Shown one piece after another: positions 41,082 to 56,979 of a stretch of 64,000 bases of DNA. A model generated the notes under the pieces. The model ran no database searches. It worked only from the letters and a program-made list of their open reading frames with translations, and was not told the origin of the DNA. Source of the stretch: the human T2T-CHM13v2.0 reference genome, Homo sapiens. The stretch lies in NCBI RefSeq assembly GCF_009914755.1, contig NC_060936.1. One strand, written 5' to 3'. The position numbers were made by a program, and so were the translations under genes. How positions within the stretch are numbered: position 1 is the stretch's first letter; the number at the start of each line of letters is the position of its first letter.

Positions 41082-42830
41082 AGTATCTTAATAGCAGACT
41101 TGATCAAGTAGAAGAAAGAATTAGTGAGCTTGAAGAAAGGCTATCTGAAAATACACAGTCAAAGGAGACAAATTAAAAAAGGATAAAAAACAATGGAGCA
41201 CTTCTATAATATCTAGAACATTGCCTCACAAGGGCAAATCTAAGAGTTATTACCCCTAAAGTAGAGACAGAGAAAGAGATAAGGGTAGACAGTGTATTCA
41301 AATGGATATCAGGGAATTTCCCAAACCTAGAGAAAGATATCAACATTCAAGTATACGAAAGTTATAGAAAACCAAGTAGCTTTAACCCAAAGAAGACTTC
41401 CTCAGGGCATTTAATAATCCAACTCCCAAAGATTAAGGATGAAGAAAGGATCCTAAAAGCAGCAAGATACAAAAATCAGACAAAGACATAACAAAAAAGG
41501 AAAATGGCAGGCTAATATCATTGATTAATATTGATGCAAAAATCCTCAACCAAATATTAGAAAATGTAATTAACAATACATTAAAAATATCATTTATCAT
41601 GACCAGTGGATTTACCCGAAAGATGTAAGGATAGTTCAACATATGGAAAGCAACCATTGTTATACATCATATCAATAGAATAAAAGACAAAAAGCATATG
41701 ATCATTTTAATTGATTCTGTTGAAGCATTTGATAAATTTCAACATCCCTTCATGGTAAGAACCATCAAAAATTGTGTACAGAAGGAACATACCTCAACAT
41801 AATAAAAGCCATATATGAAAGACCTGCAGCTAGTATCATATTGAATGGCAGGAAATTGAAAGCCTATCCCCTAATATCTGGAACATGATAGGGATGCCCA
41901 CTGTCATCACTGTTATTCAACTTATTACTGGAAGTCCTAGCTACAACAATCAGACAAGAAAAAGAAATAAAAGGCATCTGATTTGGAAAAGAAGAAGTCA
42001 AATTATCTTGTTTGCAGATGCTATGATCTTATATTTAGAAAAACCTAAGGTCTCTGCAAGAAAACTAGTAGGACTGATAAACGCAGTAAATTTGCAGGAT
42101 ACAAAATCAACATACAAGAATTAGTTTAATTTCCATATATCAACAGTGAACAATCTGGAAATTAATCAAAAAAGTAATCTCATTTAAAATAGCTACATAT
42201 AAAATAAAATACCTAGGAATTAACATAGCCCAAGAAGTGAAAGATTTCTTTAATAAAAAGTATAAAACACTGATGAAAGAAATTGAAGTGGCACAAAAAA
42301 ATAGAAAAATATTCCACATTCATAGATTGGAATAATTGACATTGTTAAAATGTCCATACCACCCAAAACAATCTACAGATTCAATGCCATCTCTGTCAAA
42401 ATAGCAATGACATTCTTCACAGAAATAGAAATTACAATCCCAAAATTTATATGGAACCACAAAAGACGCAGAATGGACAAAGCTATCCTGAGCAAAATGA
42501 ACAAAACTGGAGGAATCACATTACCTGACTTCATATTATACTATAGAGTTATAGTAACCAAAACAGCATTGTATTGGCATAAAAATAGACACGTGGAGCA
42601 ATGGGACAGAATAGAGAACAGTTTGGAGATTACTCAAAAAAACAAAAAAATGAGCTACCATACAATCCAGCAATTCTACTGCTGGGTATGTACCCAAAAC
42701 AAAGAAAATCGGTATATTGAAGAGATATCTACACTCCCATAGATCTTACAGCACTGTTCACAACAGCCAAGATTTGGAAGCAACATAAGTGTCCATCAAT
42801 AGACAAATGGATAAAGAAAATGTGGTGCTT

Positions 42831-43072
42831 CACTTGAACCCAGGAGGTGGAGGTTGCAGTGAACTGAGATTGCGCCACTGCACTCCAGTCTGGGCAACAG
42901 AGGGAGACTCAGTCTCAAAAAAAAAGAAGGAAAAGGAGAAGGAGAAGGGGAAAGGAAATGAAAGGAAAGGAAAAGAAGAAGGAGGGAAAGAAAAGGAAGG
43001 AAAGAGGGAGGGAGGGAAGGAAGGAAGGAAGCAAGGAAGGAAGGAAGCAAGGAAGGAAGGAAGGAAGGAAGG
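42831..43072 (+). mobile_element. 5'-truncated Alu (right-arm end) whose tail runs into a (GGAA)n microsatellite
   Basis: CACTTGAACCCAGGAGG...GTCTCAAAA, then a GA-rich/(GGAA)n tract; TSD AAATGTGGT(G/C)CTT 42818-42830 / 43073-43085. Confidence 0.88.
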
Positions 43073-43859
43073 AAATGTGGTCCTTATACAAATGGAGTAC
43101 TATTCAGCCATAAAAGAAATGAGATTCTGTCATTGCAACAACATGGATGCAACTAACCTCATTATATTCAGCGAAATAAGTCAGGCACAGAAAGACCATC
43201 ATTGCGTGTTCTCACTTATCATTAGGATCTAAAAATCAAAACAATTGAACTAATGGAGATAGAGATTTGAAGGGTGGTTACCAGAGGCTTAGAAGGATAG
43301 CGGGAGGCTGAGGGGTAGGTAGGGATGCTTAATGGGTACCAAAAAAAATAGTCAGAAAGAATGAGTTCAGACCTAATATTCGAGAGCATAACAGAGTGAC
43401 TATAGTCAATAATAATTTAATTGTACATTTTAAAATAACTAAAAGAGTATAATTGGATTGCTTGTACCACAAAGGATAAGTGCTTGAGGAGATGGATACC
43501 CAATTTTCCATGATGTGATTATTACACATTTCATACCTGTACCAAAATATCTCATGTATCCCATAAATATATACTCCTACCATGTACCCACAAAAATTTA
43601 AAAAAGAATCTTTAATGCTAATATATTTACTGAGTACCTTGTAAAGTTAAGGCAAAGTGATATATATAATATGCACCCTGTCCTCAAGCAATTCACTCAC
43701 CATTCATAAGAGAGACAATACAAATATACTTAAAAGGAAGAATGAGTGCAACATTTTGAGTAAGTTATTTAGCATTATACGGCCATTTTAAGAACATAAT
43801 ATCTAGCTAAATTAATACAAGAACACATCAAACATTTTAAATGAAACTTAAAAATTGGT

Positions 43860-45290
<1,431 letters not shown>

Positions 45291-48200
45291 ACGTATAGGA
45301 AATTCTAGTTTGATTTTTATAAAAGATCAACTTTTACAATAATGAAAGTTACCTATATTGTATTTGGATTTTAATTTAGTTTTCTTCTTTATTTCTAATT
45401 ATGAACTTTTGCTAGAAAAAAACTAAAATAACACCACTATGTATGTAGGAGAAACAAGAAATAATAAAAGAAAAATTATCATTGCACCTCTGTTATTATT
45501 GATTAAATATAAAATTTCAAAGTTAAAGTCTAATTATTTTCTTATTTGCTATTCAAAAAGGAATATCTCTTGTGATGCTACATTAGATAAATTATTAGTC
45601 AGATCTTCCAACAGGCAGATCAAAGCCTGGGCTTTGGACCACTGCCTGAGAGGGGCACCTTATGTAGGTTTGTGGAAGGATGAGAATGAATAGCTTTTCC
45701 CCCTTGATGAGAACAGACCTCTGCACACCTGTTTTGTTCCTGTCTTCATTGGTACTGGCACTCTTTTTTTTCCCTTCCAGGACATAGGCCATGGATACAT
45801 ACTTAAGGATATAAACAGAACTATGTGAAATTAATTACTATTTTAACTATGGCTCTTCCTCTTTCTCTTCTGCAATAATAATAATAATAAGCATATCAGA
45901 ATGCTAGTAACATTAGTAATTTTATATATAATCCAAGTGGTTTCATGAAAATATTTTAAAATTTATAAAAGTTAGCTTTTATTGCCTGCAAATATAAGGT
46001 AGGAATATAGATGACAAAGCAACAAAGGGTTTTGACACTGAGTGAAGAAACACTAGCTCATCAATTTCTGAGCACGCATTTGAGGGAAAAACAGGAAGTG
46101 AGAGGTTCCACTGATACATATTGACAGCTGACTATAGAACATTTATTGATTCATTGATTCATTAATTATTCAATAGATATTGAAACTTACGTCTCAGAAA
46201 ATATATTATTATAACAGGGTGCAAATATAAGACATTGTCTTTTTAAAAAAGAAAGTATAAACTAGTAGGAGAAGGAGAGATAAAAAGATAATTAGAGTGA
46301 AATATGCGAATTTTGCTAGGCAGCAAAATATAAGCAAAAATTCCGTAGAAGAAATAAAATAAAACTTTATCCTCTCTGAAACTAAATAGCCAATATTCAC
46401 TAAAATTTAGCTCAAGCAGTTCCCTATTTTGAGCATCCTATGATTTCGACTGTAGAATAAATTCTTTGACTTAGTTACACAAAAATATGCATGTATAAAC
46501 TAAATCTCTCATGGTGATATAAACATGGAATGGACATCTAATTATTTCTTTCTGTGCTCAAAGTATTCCAATGTGCTCTTTTTTTGTCAGTTACTACATG
46601 ACTTTTTCTAACTTGAGCCTCAAACTTTACCTCTTATGTTCTGCCTCCACATCTTGCTTTTCTAAAGTCAAACTTCTCCCCTTTCCAAAAACTGTGCTTC
46701 TTTTGATTTAACAAGGCAGAACCACATATAGCTTCCTCAAAACAAACTATGCTTTTTCATGCTTCTGAATTGTTGTTTGTGCTGTTTGCTATTTTCTATG
46801 CCTATAATACCATTCCAACTTCCCCTAAGAAAATTCTGCCTATTCTTTAAAACTTTTTATATCCAAATTATGTGAATTTTTCCCGGAGGTCAGAGTCACC
46901 CACTCCTACTTAGTACTCTTGAAATTGCATTTAAAAGTTTTTATTTTGCATTTATATATCACATTTTAAATGTTCCCATATTTCTTTCCGTTTCTTGTTA
47001 GCTAAAACATTCTGAGAATAAGAGATACAACATCCATTTATGCTTCCATTATCTCTCATAGTATTGGTATATAGTGGCTGATCAGTAAATATCAATTAAA
47101 ATGAGCTTAATTTGAACGTTATATGTTTTTGTTATTTTTTGTTTATGTCATGGGAAACTTTTTTAAAGCATCACATTTGCCATTTACTTCTCAACAAATA
47201 TTTACTTTGCCTTAGTCTCCTAGCCTACATGAATTCATCACTTTGTGTTAAACTCATAGACAGCTAATATTTTTTCATTATATCTTTGCCCAGAGCCACA
47301 TTTTAAAACTACTAACATTTATATAACTTCCATTCACAACTCCAAATCAGGAAACTATGTATCTTTGTTTCTAGTTGAAGTACCTTCTAGCTACTTAATG
47401 AAACACATATATTTTTCAAATGATAGATTACTCAATCTGGCAAAGACAATCTGTTACTGTAGAAGATACATATTCATTTTTCTATTCGTAAGAAAATCAT
47501 ATTGATATTAACCTAAATTACTCAGATTCTTATTGTTTCAGGCAAGAAGGAAAATATAAAGAACCCAGCCATGTTATAATAAGAGCTGATCCTAGTGCTT
47601 TCTGTGTATTGGCTTATTTCAGTGTGTCACATTTCTGTTATTTCACTGACTCAACACGTTGGTGCAGGTTTACGAATCCTGACCTCTCGAGAAATGGTCC
47701 TATATTGACTAGCTGACAATATTTGAAACATTTGTGAAAAACAGAATAATTTGTCTGCCACTGAGAAATATTTTTATATTTATCAGGTCATATGAGTGAA
47801 ATCACAGAATTAAATTATAATATTTATTTCTAGGCCAGAAGATTTCCTTAGTCATTATAGTGATTTGTCTGGGATGGGAGTGGGGAGGACAAGTTTTAAA
47901 GAAGAATTCTTTAATGCACCCATATTTTAAAATTTGAAAAAAAAATGTAATCTTCCTAAATCTTAGGCTAATTTTAATACAAATAATCAAGTTAGTTTAG
48001 AATATGAGGTAAATAATATACGAAGTCAATAGCTAGATAATAATATCAACCAGCACCAAAACATAAAGACTTGGGAGTTCACTCTAGAATAAATTTTGAG
48101 TTAGTTTACTCTACCCTGATTTACCCTGGAAATTTTAATAAGATTTGTGGCAATTATGACTTCCAACCTAGCTTTAAAAGGCAAAAGATTTATATAATCT

Positions 48201-49123
48201 GAAGAGTAACCAGAGTTTAACCAAGTTTAAGTCCACAGAGGAGTTATGATAAAGGAACACCAGACGTTCACACATATTTTTACCAATGAAAGTAGTCAGC
48301 TTGATTCTTGAAATTGAAAACAGTACTGTTTTATGATTGTGGAGATGGGGCAGGAAATGACAACAGAGGACTGTGTTTTCACAGTCAGTTTCAGCTAGTT
48401 TCATTGAGCGATGTAATAGTACCAAACATCATCTGGATTCTGTGATTTTTGCTTCCTATGCTGTATTAATATCACAATCTCTAAAGTCTCCAACATTTGC
48501 ATTTGTAACTCTCATCACCCATCAACCCATTTCAAAAGGAATCTTTGCATAATCTATATTCCTAACCTTGTTAGACCCAGATGCTAAAGTAATTTTGTGA
48601 TTTTATTCTCAACACTCTTACTATCTTAAAATGGACACAGAGTATGATTTTATATGCAAATGTCTGTAGATAGTATTAAAAGAGGAGGCTAGCAACATGG
48701 AGATGTTATTTTCCTGTACAATATGATAAAGGAAGCTTGGCATTATGAAATCCAACCTTGTTACTATCCTTTAGGTGCATATAAGAAAATGTATTGATCT
48801 TCTTATATACCCAACAGAATTCTCCATATACACTGCTGCAAATACATAGATTCCACTCTGTTAGGAAAATGTGTTGTTCATTAAATGATGTTTGGTGAAA
48901 ACAAATCCGGTGACTGACAATCGCCAGGGGTAGAAGATAGGGAGAAAATTGCTACAAACATGTTGCTAAGATCAGTATACATGAAAAAATGGATTTATTA
49001 ACAATGCCACCTAGCTAGTACCTTTAGCCAAAAAATTGGTAAATGGATTCACTGTTGTCACCTTAAGACAGTGCTGCAGGTTTTCAGCACTCAAATGCAT
49101 TGTGTCTAGAAACAGAAGCTGAT

Positions 49124-49503
<380 letters not shown>

Positions 49504-50230
49504 TCAAAAGATTGACAACTCAAATTGTTATTTTTATTTTGAAATTCAAACTTCTCTTTAATAATTTGAGTTAAGAGTTCATTGTTAAGGATGTTAGTGT
49601 TTAGAGAATGTTTTGTAAAGTCAAAAAATGCAAACTGATCAGACAAGTACATATAAAACCAAATTAAATGATACTACGCATACAACATTTTTCTTTGTTT
49701 ATGTTATTCATGTTGTGAATTAATATTTGAAATGATTGGACACTTTAGGAGGTGAAAAAAATCACTGCAGTAAATTTAATGTAAACTAATGGAGCAATAT
49801 TGTATCTGTCAGATTGTGCTTACACTTTTTTTTCACTTTATAATCTCTCTTTTTAAAAATTTTTAATTAAGCTATAACCCAACCCAACAAACCTGCCACA
49901 CATTTCTTTTATAATATAAATCATGCTTCCAGGAAAATTTTTACAAGTTCAGTCAAATGTTGGAATGTATTAAGAAAGCCATAGTTGGGTAAAATGAGTT
50001 TAATATCAATATCCTATCATAAGGCACTTATGTGAAACAAAGTGAAGATTTCTAAATAAATTGAAATGCTCAGACCTTCTCATGGTATGACTTACATTAT
50101 GCTAAGACATGCCCCCTTTTTCAACTTAGTGTATGCTTGATATTACAAAATAATCATTTATAGTAACAGAAAAGCATTCATTTATTTATCCATCTATTTG
50201 GTTGATATTTATTCATTGGTTTGTATATGA

Positions 50231-50847
<617 letters not shown>

Positions 50848-51002
50848 TAACTACCCCACCACAGAGGTGAGCACATAATCCAGGCTAACCAAAAAAAAAA
50901 AAAAAAAGTGAGAGAAAAGAAAAAAGAACAGATCATTCCACTGCACGTGAACAACTGTTCCATGATTGGGCACATAATAACTTGAAATCACTGTTTGCCT
51001 GT

Positions 51003-51097
51003 GAGTGAAATCTACACAGAAGTAAGCTCGGATTACTTGAGAGTGGAATCTACACAGAAATAAGATTGTCTGAGAGTGAAATCTACCCAGAAGTAAA
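51003..51097. repeat. Three copies of a 24-bp unit
   Basis: GAGTG(A/G)AATCTAC(A/C)CAGAA(G/A)TAA(G/A) at 51003, 51041 and 51074. Confidence 0.85.
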
Positions 51098-51104
51098 CTC
51101 AGAG

Positions 51105-52385
51105 AAGAAATGATTTCCTATTCAGTGAATGGTACTGGCATAACTGGCTAACCACATGCAGAAGATTGACATGGGACCCCTTCCTTTCACCATATACAAA
51201 AATCAACTCAATATGGACTAAAGACTTAAATGTAAAACCTAACACTGTAAAAACCCTAGAAGAGAATCTAGGAAATACCATATTGAACATAGGCACTGGC
51301 AGTGATTTCATGATGAAGATGCCAAAAGCAATGGCAACAAAAATAAAAATTGACAAATGATACCTAATTAAAGAGCTTCTGCACAGCAAAAGAAACTATC
51401 AACAGAGTAAATAGACAACTTAGACAGAATGGGAGAAAATATTTGCAAACTATGCATTTAACAAAGGTCTAATATCTAGGATCTATAAGGAACTTAAACC
51501 AACAAGCAAAAACAAAACAACCCCATTAAAAAATAGGCAAAGGACATGAACAGACAGTTCTCAAAAATAAATAAATAAATAAAAGACAAACATGCAGGCA
51601 ACATGCATATATAAAAAAAATAAGCACCGCTAATCAGTAGAGAAATACAAATCAAAATTGGAGTGAGATACCATCTCACACCAGTCAGAATGGCTATTAT
51701 TAAGTCAAAAAATAACAGATGCTGGTGAGGTTGCAGAGAAAAGGGAACACTTATACACTGCGGGTGGGAACGTGAACTAGTTCAGCCACTGTGGAAAGCT
51801 GTTTGGAGATCTCTTAAAGAACTTAGAACTATCATTCGACCGAGCAATTCCATTATTGTGTGTATACCCAACGGAATATAAATAATTCTGTCATAAAGAC
51901 CCATACACATGTATGTTCAATGCAACGTTATTCACAATAACAGAGACAGGGAATCAACCTAAATGGCCATAATGGTGAACTTGATAAAGAAAATGTGGTA
52001 CATATGCATCATGGAATACTACACAGCCATAAAAGACTACGCTTTGAAGATCATGTCCTTTGGAGTAACACAGATAGAGCTGGAAGTCATTATCCTAAGC
52101 AAATTAACACAGGAACAGGAAGCCAAATCCTGCATGTTCTGACTTATAAGTAGTCCACAAACATTAAGAACACATGGACATAGGAACAACAGACAGCGGA
52201 GCCTACTTGAGGGTGGAGAGTGGGAGGAGGGTGAGGATGGAAAAACTAACCATTGAGTACTATGCTTACTTACCTGGGTAATGAAATAATCTGTATACCA
52301 AACCCCCACAAGATGCAATTTACCTATATAACAAACTTGCACATGTACCCATGAACCTAAAATAAAAGTTTGAAGAAAAAAAAAA
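51105..52385 (+). mobile_element. L1PA15/16- or L1PB-like 3' fragment
   Basis: ORF2 C-terminal peptide [33 protein letters not shown]; 3' UTR and A tail. Confidence 0.88.
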
Positions 52386-52639
52386 CACACAGAAAATCAT
52401 ACAGAAACTGTCTAAAGAAATTATCTCTCAGACATGAGATGGAGGATATGCATTAAACTTACCTTTCATAATAAAAAGAAAAGAAAAGGAAAAGCAGTCA
52501 CATCAACTTGCGAATGATAAGAAGAATCATAAAATTAGTCAGATTTAAAACTGATCTTGAGCAATGCAGGGAATTCCGGCAAGTACATGAGTGTGAATGC
52601 TGTTGCAGGCCTGGGCAGTATGAGCACATGTGAAGTATC

Positions 52640-52852
52640 TGCCTGTTTGCCTTCCTTCTTTCCTCCCTCCTTTCCTCACTTCCTTTTTTTCTCCCTCCCT
52701 TCCTGTCTTCCTTGTCTCCTCCTTCCCTCCCTTTCTTCCTTCTTTCCTTCCTCCCTTCCTCTCTTCTACCCTTTCTTCCCTCCTTCTCTCTCACTCTCTC
52801 TTCTTCCTTTCCTTTGTCCATCCTCTCCCTTTCTCCTTTCTTTTCTTCCTAC
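52640..52852. repeat. (CCTT/CT)n polypyrimidine tract
   Basis: About 210 bp of almost pure C/T. Confidence 0.92.
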
Positions 52853-54619
52853 CTTAAGCATTTTGGGGGCAGTAACTAAAAACCATAATGGATGCTAACG
52901 TTAAAAATGAAAATAAAGAGTTCCTGTCTTCTAGATCATGGAGTCAGAATGCAATATCTATATATTTTTGATTTTTGATGGAATTTTAAGTGATCCATGC
53001 AAAGCAACTTTTTTTCGTATTCCTCTTGGAATTCAGATAATACAGCATTTCTATAAGTAGAAATGTATAAGAAGTATGTTTTGTGGAAGTTGGATTTAAA
53101 TCTTTGATATATGCCAAGTGATCAAAAATTATATATTGCCCTGAGTGTATTTAGAATATGAAAAATTGGGTATGAAGTAGAAAATAATTTGATTTTTACA
53201 TGAAATATATAAATTTATTTGAAACTATAAAATACAATTAAACATTGTCTTTCTGACTCTATTGTTATGCTGTGTGATATGCATCTTTAAAAGAATGGTT
53301 TTAGCACTTTTTAGAGAACTGTGTGGCTGATGACTTTTCACATGGCTTAAATAATTATCCAATTAAATTTGTGCATATAAAGCCAAATGGAAAAACACTT
53401 TGTTTCTAACAGATGAATAATTTGATGAAGAAGGAATAGAGGGATAATGTATAGATAAATTAAAAATTACACACACACAGTGGAAATACTCTCATAAGAG
53501 GACAATTTCACCTTAATGTAATAAAAATTAAATGTCAATTAATTTAATGATTCTAAGAAAATAATTATATTATTTAGACTTCTTCAAGACTGTAGAATCT
53601 TCTATTTTTTTATATTGGCAACTATGAAATTGCTTTCTTTTTGTAGCCAGAAAGCACAGCTGACAGATAAAAAAAAAATTGTTAATTTCATAACTCCTAA
53701 AGACTAAATGGAGACTGGCATTAAGATTTGAGATATTCAATGCTATTTCTGTACAATATGTTTAGCTTGTTGTTTTCTCAATTTGATGTTGGGATATGGC
53801 CCAGAGTTTTTCTTTCTATTTTAACTGTGCTCTTGAGATATGCATTTCATAATTTTTGTCTCTATTACAATTGAAAAAAATGTCTACATAAATTACTCTA
53901 ATTACATAAATTACCTAAATTAACTGAAGACAGTAAAAGGAAAACTTTGCAATTATCCGTTTCACTTAACATAGAATTTGCACAATATTATTTTAACAGA
54001 TGTCTGCTTTATCCTTTGTTTAGACACAACTGTAAAGCACTTTTTGTGAGATTTCAACTGGGGAATTTTCTATGAAGATGTAAAATAAAAAATATGTTTG
54101 ATTACAATAAAATAAAATTTATTCAATTATTCTGTGAGGTGCACATAATTAGACATTATAGGTAGTTCTAAAAGTATAAACATCGTTTTTTTCCAAAATT
54201 TTATTTATGAGAAAAAACTTTTTTAAGAAAAGGAAAATGAGTGGCTTTTCTATAGAATCTCATAAAGGTTTATTTTATCCACTAATAAGCTGTCTTACAG
54301 CAAATTAATACTCTGCTAATAAATGCCTGTGTATAAGACTACCCAGAGAACATAAAATGTTTTTTTAATAAGAATAATAGAATTAAACAAAAGTTAATAG
54401 AAATTATTAACGAGAAAGAAATGAGACAAAATATTTTACGTTGATTTTTGTTCAAACATTGATTTGGGTAAACTTATACTGTTAAATAAAGAATTGTTTA
54501 AAGCAATGTTACTATATTGGACATTTTGGTTATCTCCATTATCTATGACTTTCCAATACATTAGCCCATTGGTTTGTAGAATTCATCTCAGCTCAGTTAG
54601 GTGCTGCGAGTAATCTAAG

Positions 54620-54780
54620 CTTCTCGTTCTCAACACTGACGGCACATTAGAATGAGCAGGAGAGGTTTTTGGTTTTTTTTTTAAATCTAATGGTGTTAGG
54701 GCCTCACTTCATAGCCTCTGACCAGTATTTTTTATTTCTAGGGTCATTCTAAAGTGCAGCCATTACTGAGAATTATTGGT
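54620..54780. mobile_element. MER5A-like hAT-Charlie remnant
   Basis: TTCTCAAC...CACATTAGAAT...ATTCTAAAGTGCAGCC...TGAGAATTATTG. Confidence 0.5.
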
Positions 54781-55728
54781 GGAAACTAATTACAATATTG
54801 CGTTTATCTATCCGACGAATATTTTAGAAACCAGGTTTGATTCAAGCGTGGGAATGTAGAATTGTAGATCCTGGTCAGGCAGTGGCATCTGGTGTCTCCT
54901 GGCAACATCAGAGAATGCATACCCACAGACAGATGAAACCTATGAGGCACTCTTCATGAGTGATATCTAGTGACTAGTTTGTAATGTGTCCAAGACATAT
55001 AAAGATAGTCCCCATTGCATTTTAAGAAAATACATCTAAATTTCACATTTTAGATCCAGGTGACATGGGTTATTAGAATCAATTATGGTAACACTTTAAA
55101 TTAAGTGTATTAGAGCTTCAGGGTGATATGCTAAGGTAGCTCCCTTGCTAAGCCCACTCTTAGGACTTGTCACAATCTGGAAGAACACACAGAATACTAT
55201 TGCCAACATGACCAGGAAAACTGGAAAATGTCAGTTTTAGACATCCCAGTTGTCTCAGTGCTTTCTCAGTACCCTCCGCTGAAAATATATTGTCTACATT
55301 TATCACAGCAAAATATAACTTCTATAGAATTTGTCAGTGTTTATTTTTATCATGTCTCTAACCCATTCGCTTATGGAATTACCACAGCATATGATATAAT
55401 TCTGTCCACTGACACATGAATGAAAGTTCATTGGGATTCCTAGAATACATTTTCACTGGGACTTCTACAAAAAAATTTCAGACACCTCTTCTAGATGTTG
55501 TAATATGGCTTTGAACCTTACAAAATGTTGTATCCTTTCGTTTGTATCAAATGAAAATGAAACTGGTGAAAGGAAGGTGGTGAATTGCAGAGAAGCATGT
55601 TGGAGATACTTAGGGCACCTCTGCAGCCTGGTCTACTTCTGGATTTCTAGTTACATGAAGCAGTAACTGCTGCCAAGAGCATGATTGCCGTAAGAGTTAG
55701 TACATGTTTACCCAGAAAACAGTATGTT

Positions 55729-56110
55729 CAGGCCCACCATTTTTATCTAAAATGCTTGGGATCGCAAGTATTTCATAAGCATTTGTATTATTTTAGGAAG
55801 GCCGTATACATGTTACATACTGTGAAATAAGCTTAGCAGAGCCTAGGACAGCACTACATTATCAAGAAAAAAAATCTCTGGAACAAAAAAAAGTGTGTGG
55901 ATGAATGGTTGGCTAGAGAGATGGAAATAGATATACTGATACACAGGTATATACAGGTATTTGTGTACACATGTATACACACACATTCACACTATGTATC
56001 ATAAAGACTATAAATAGTCTCACTTCAGTTCACTTCACGTCTTGTCTAAATTAGTCATAAGCCACTTTCAGTTTTTGGATTTCAGATTTGTGGACAAGCA
56101 TTGTGAACCT
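55729..56110. mobile_element. MER46C-like Tigger DNA transposon remnant
   Basis: CAGGCCCACCAT...; AAAGACTATAAATAGTCTCACTTCAGTTCA; TTTTGGATTTCAGATTTGTGGA...GTGAACCT. Confidence 0.6.
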
Positions 56111-56979
56111 TTTATACTTATATTACTCTTCTCTTCCTCTCATTCTTTTTTCTCTTTACCCTTTTATGTTAATCTTAGATTATGGCACCAGAGATAAGAA
56201 GATAATGTGAACAACAAATATAATTACAATCAGTCCTGTATGACTGATTTTTAAGATTATTTTGTTAATTTTTAAAACTCAATTTCTTCTAATTATATTT
56301 GGCAATGATAGGCCATATTAACTCATAATTCGAGCAATTTGAAAAAATTCAATTTAATGCTTATTCATTAAAATGTTCAAGAATCAATAATAATTTAATC
56401 ATAAGACATAAGTACACATATTAAGATTGTAAAACTAATGGTCATCTAATTCTCTTAGATAATTAGGTTATATACAAAGATTGTCCAGAAATTGCATCTA
56501 ATTAAAGCATGAATGAAGTAATCATCAGAAGTTCATAAAAGACTTTCCTTCATCATCTTCCTTTTCTCCCTGGTCATATTTCTCACTTTTCATTAGTTCA
56601 CAAATTAATCATTCCAAGCTATTCAAATTCGGAGAGCAAGAAACTCAGAAGTAGCATAGCCTTAACAAGGGATGCATATGATAACACATTAAATGTATTT
56701 CAAAATTTTATTTCCAGGTTTTGCATACCGTGATTTTATATGTTTAGTGTTACAGAAAGGTTTAAAATATCTTAATCAGAATTTAAATGCACCGTGATCC
56801 TTGGGTATATGTTTTACATTTCAATCTCTACATTTTTTTCCACTGTAACGTAACTTTGCACATGAGTCATTTGAACTAGTTTATTTATAAACATGTAGCT
56901 CTGGCTGAAGAGACCTAAATGATTCCTTTAGTTTTAGACTCATCCCCATTTCTTACTCATCACCTGAATAAGGATATCC

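Larger units (their letters stand above)
38682..43603 (+). mobile_element. Old end-to-end L1 (L1MA1/2-like 3' end) with 5' UTR, ORF1 remnant and internally deleted ORF2
   Basis: 5' CAAGATGG start; repetitive 5' UTR; ORF1-like 40550-41468; ORF2 RT peptides ([25 protein letters not shown]); L1MA-type 3' UTR; TSD AAGAAACTTTA 38671-38681 / AAGAATCTTTA 43604-43614. Confidence 0.88.

Noticed and set aside
41885-42742. L1 ORF2 peptides as an active retrotransposon
   Set aside because: Fragmented frames with the endonuclease region deleted; this is an ancient subfamily.
51003-51097. Repeat-spacer-repeat pattern resembling a CRISPR array
   Set aside because: Eukaryotic DNA, only three units, linkers too short and related to each other, and no cas genes.
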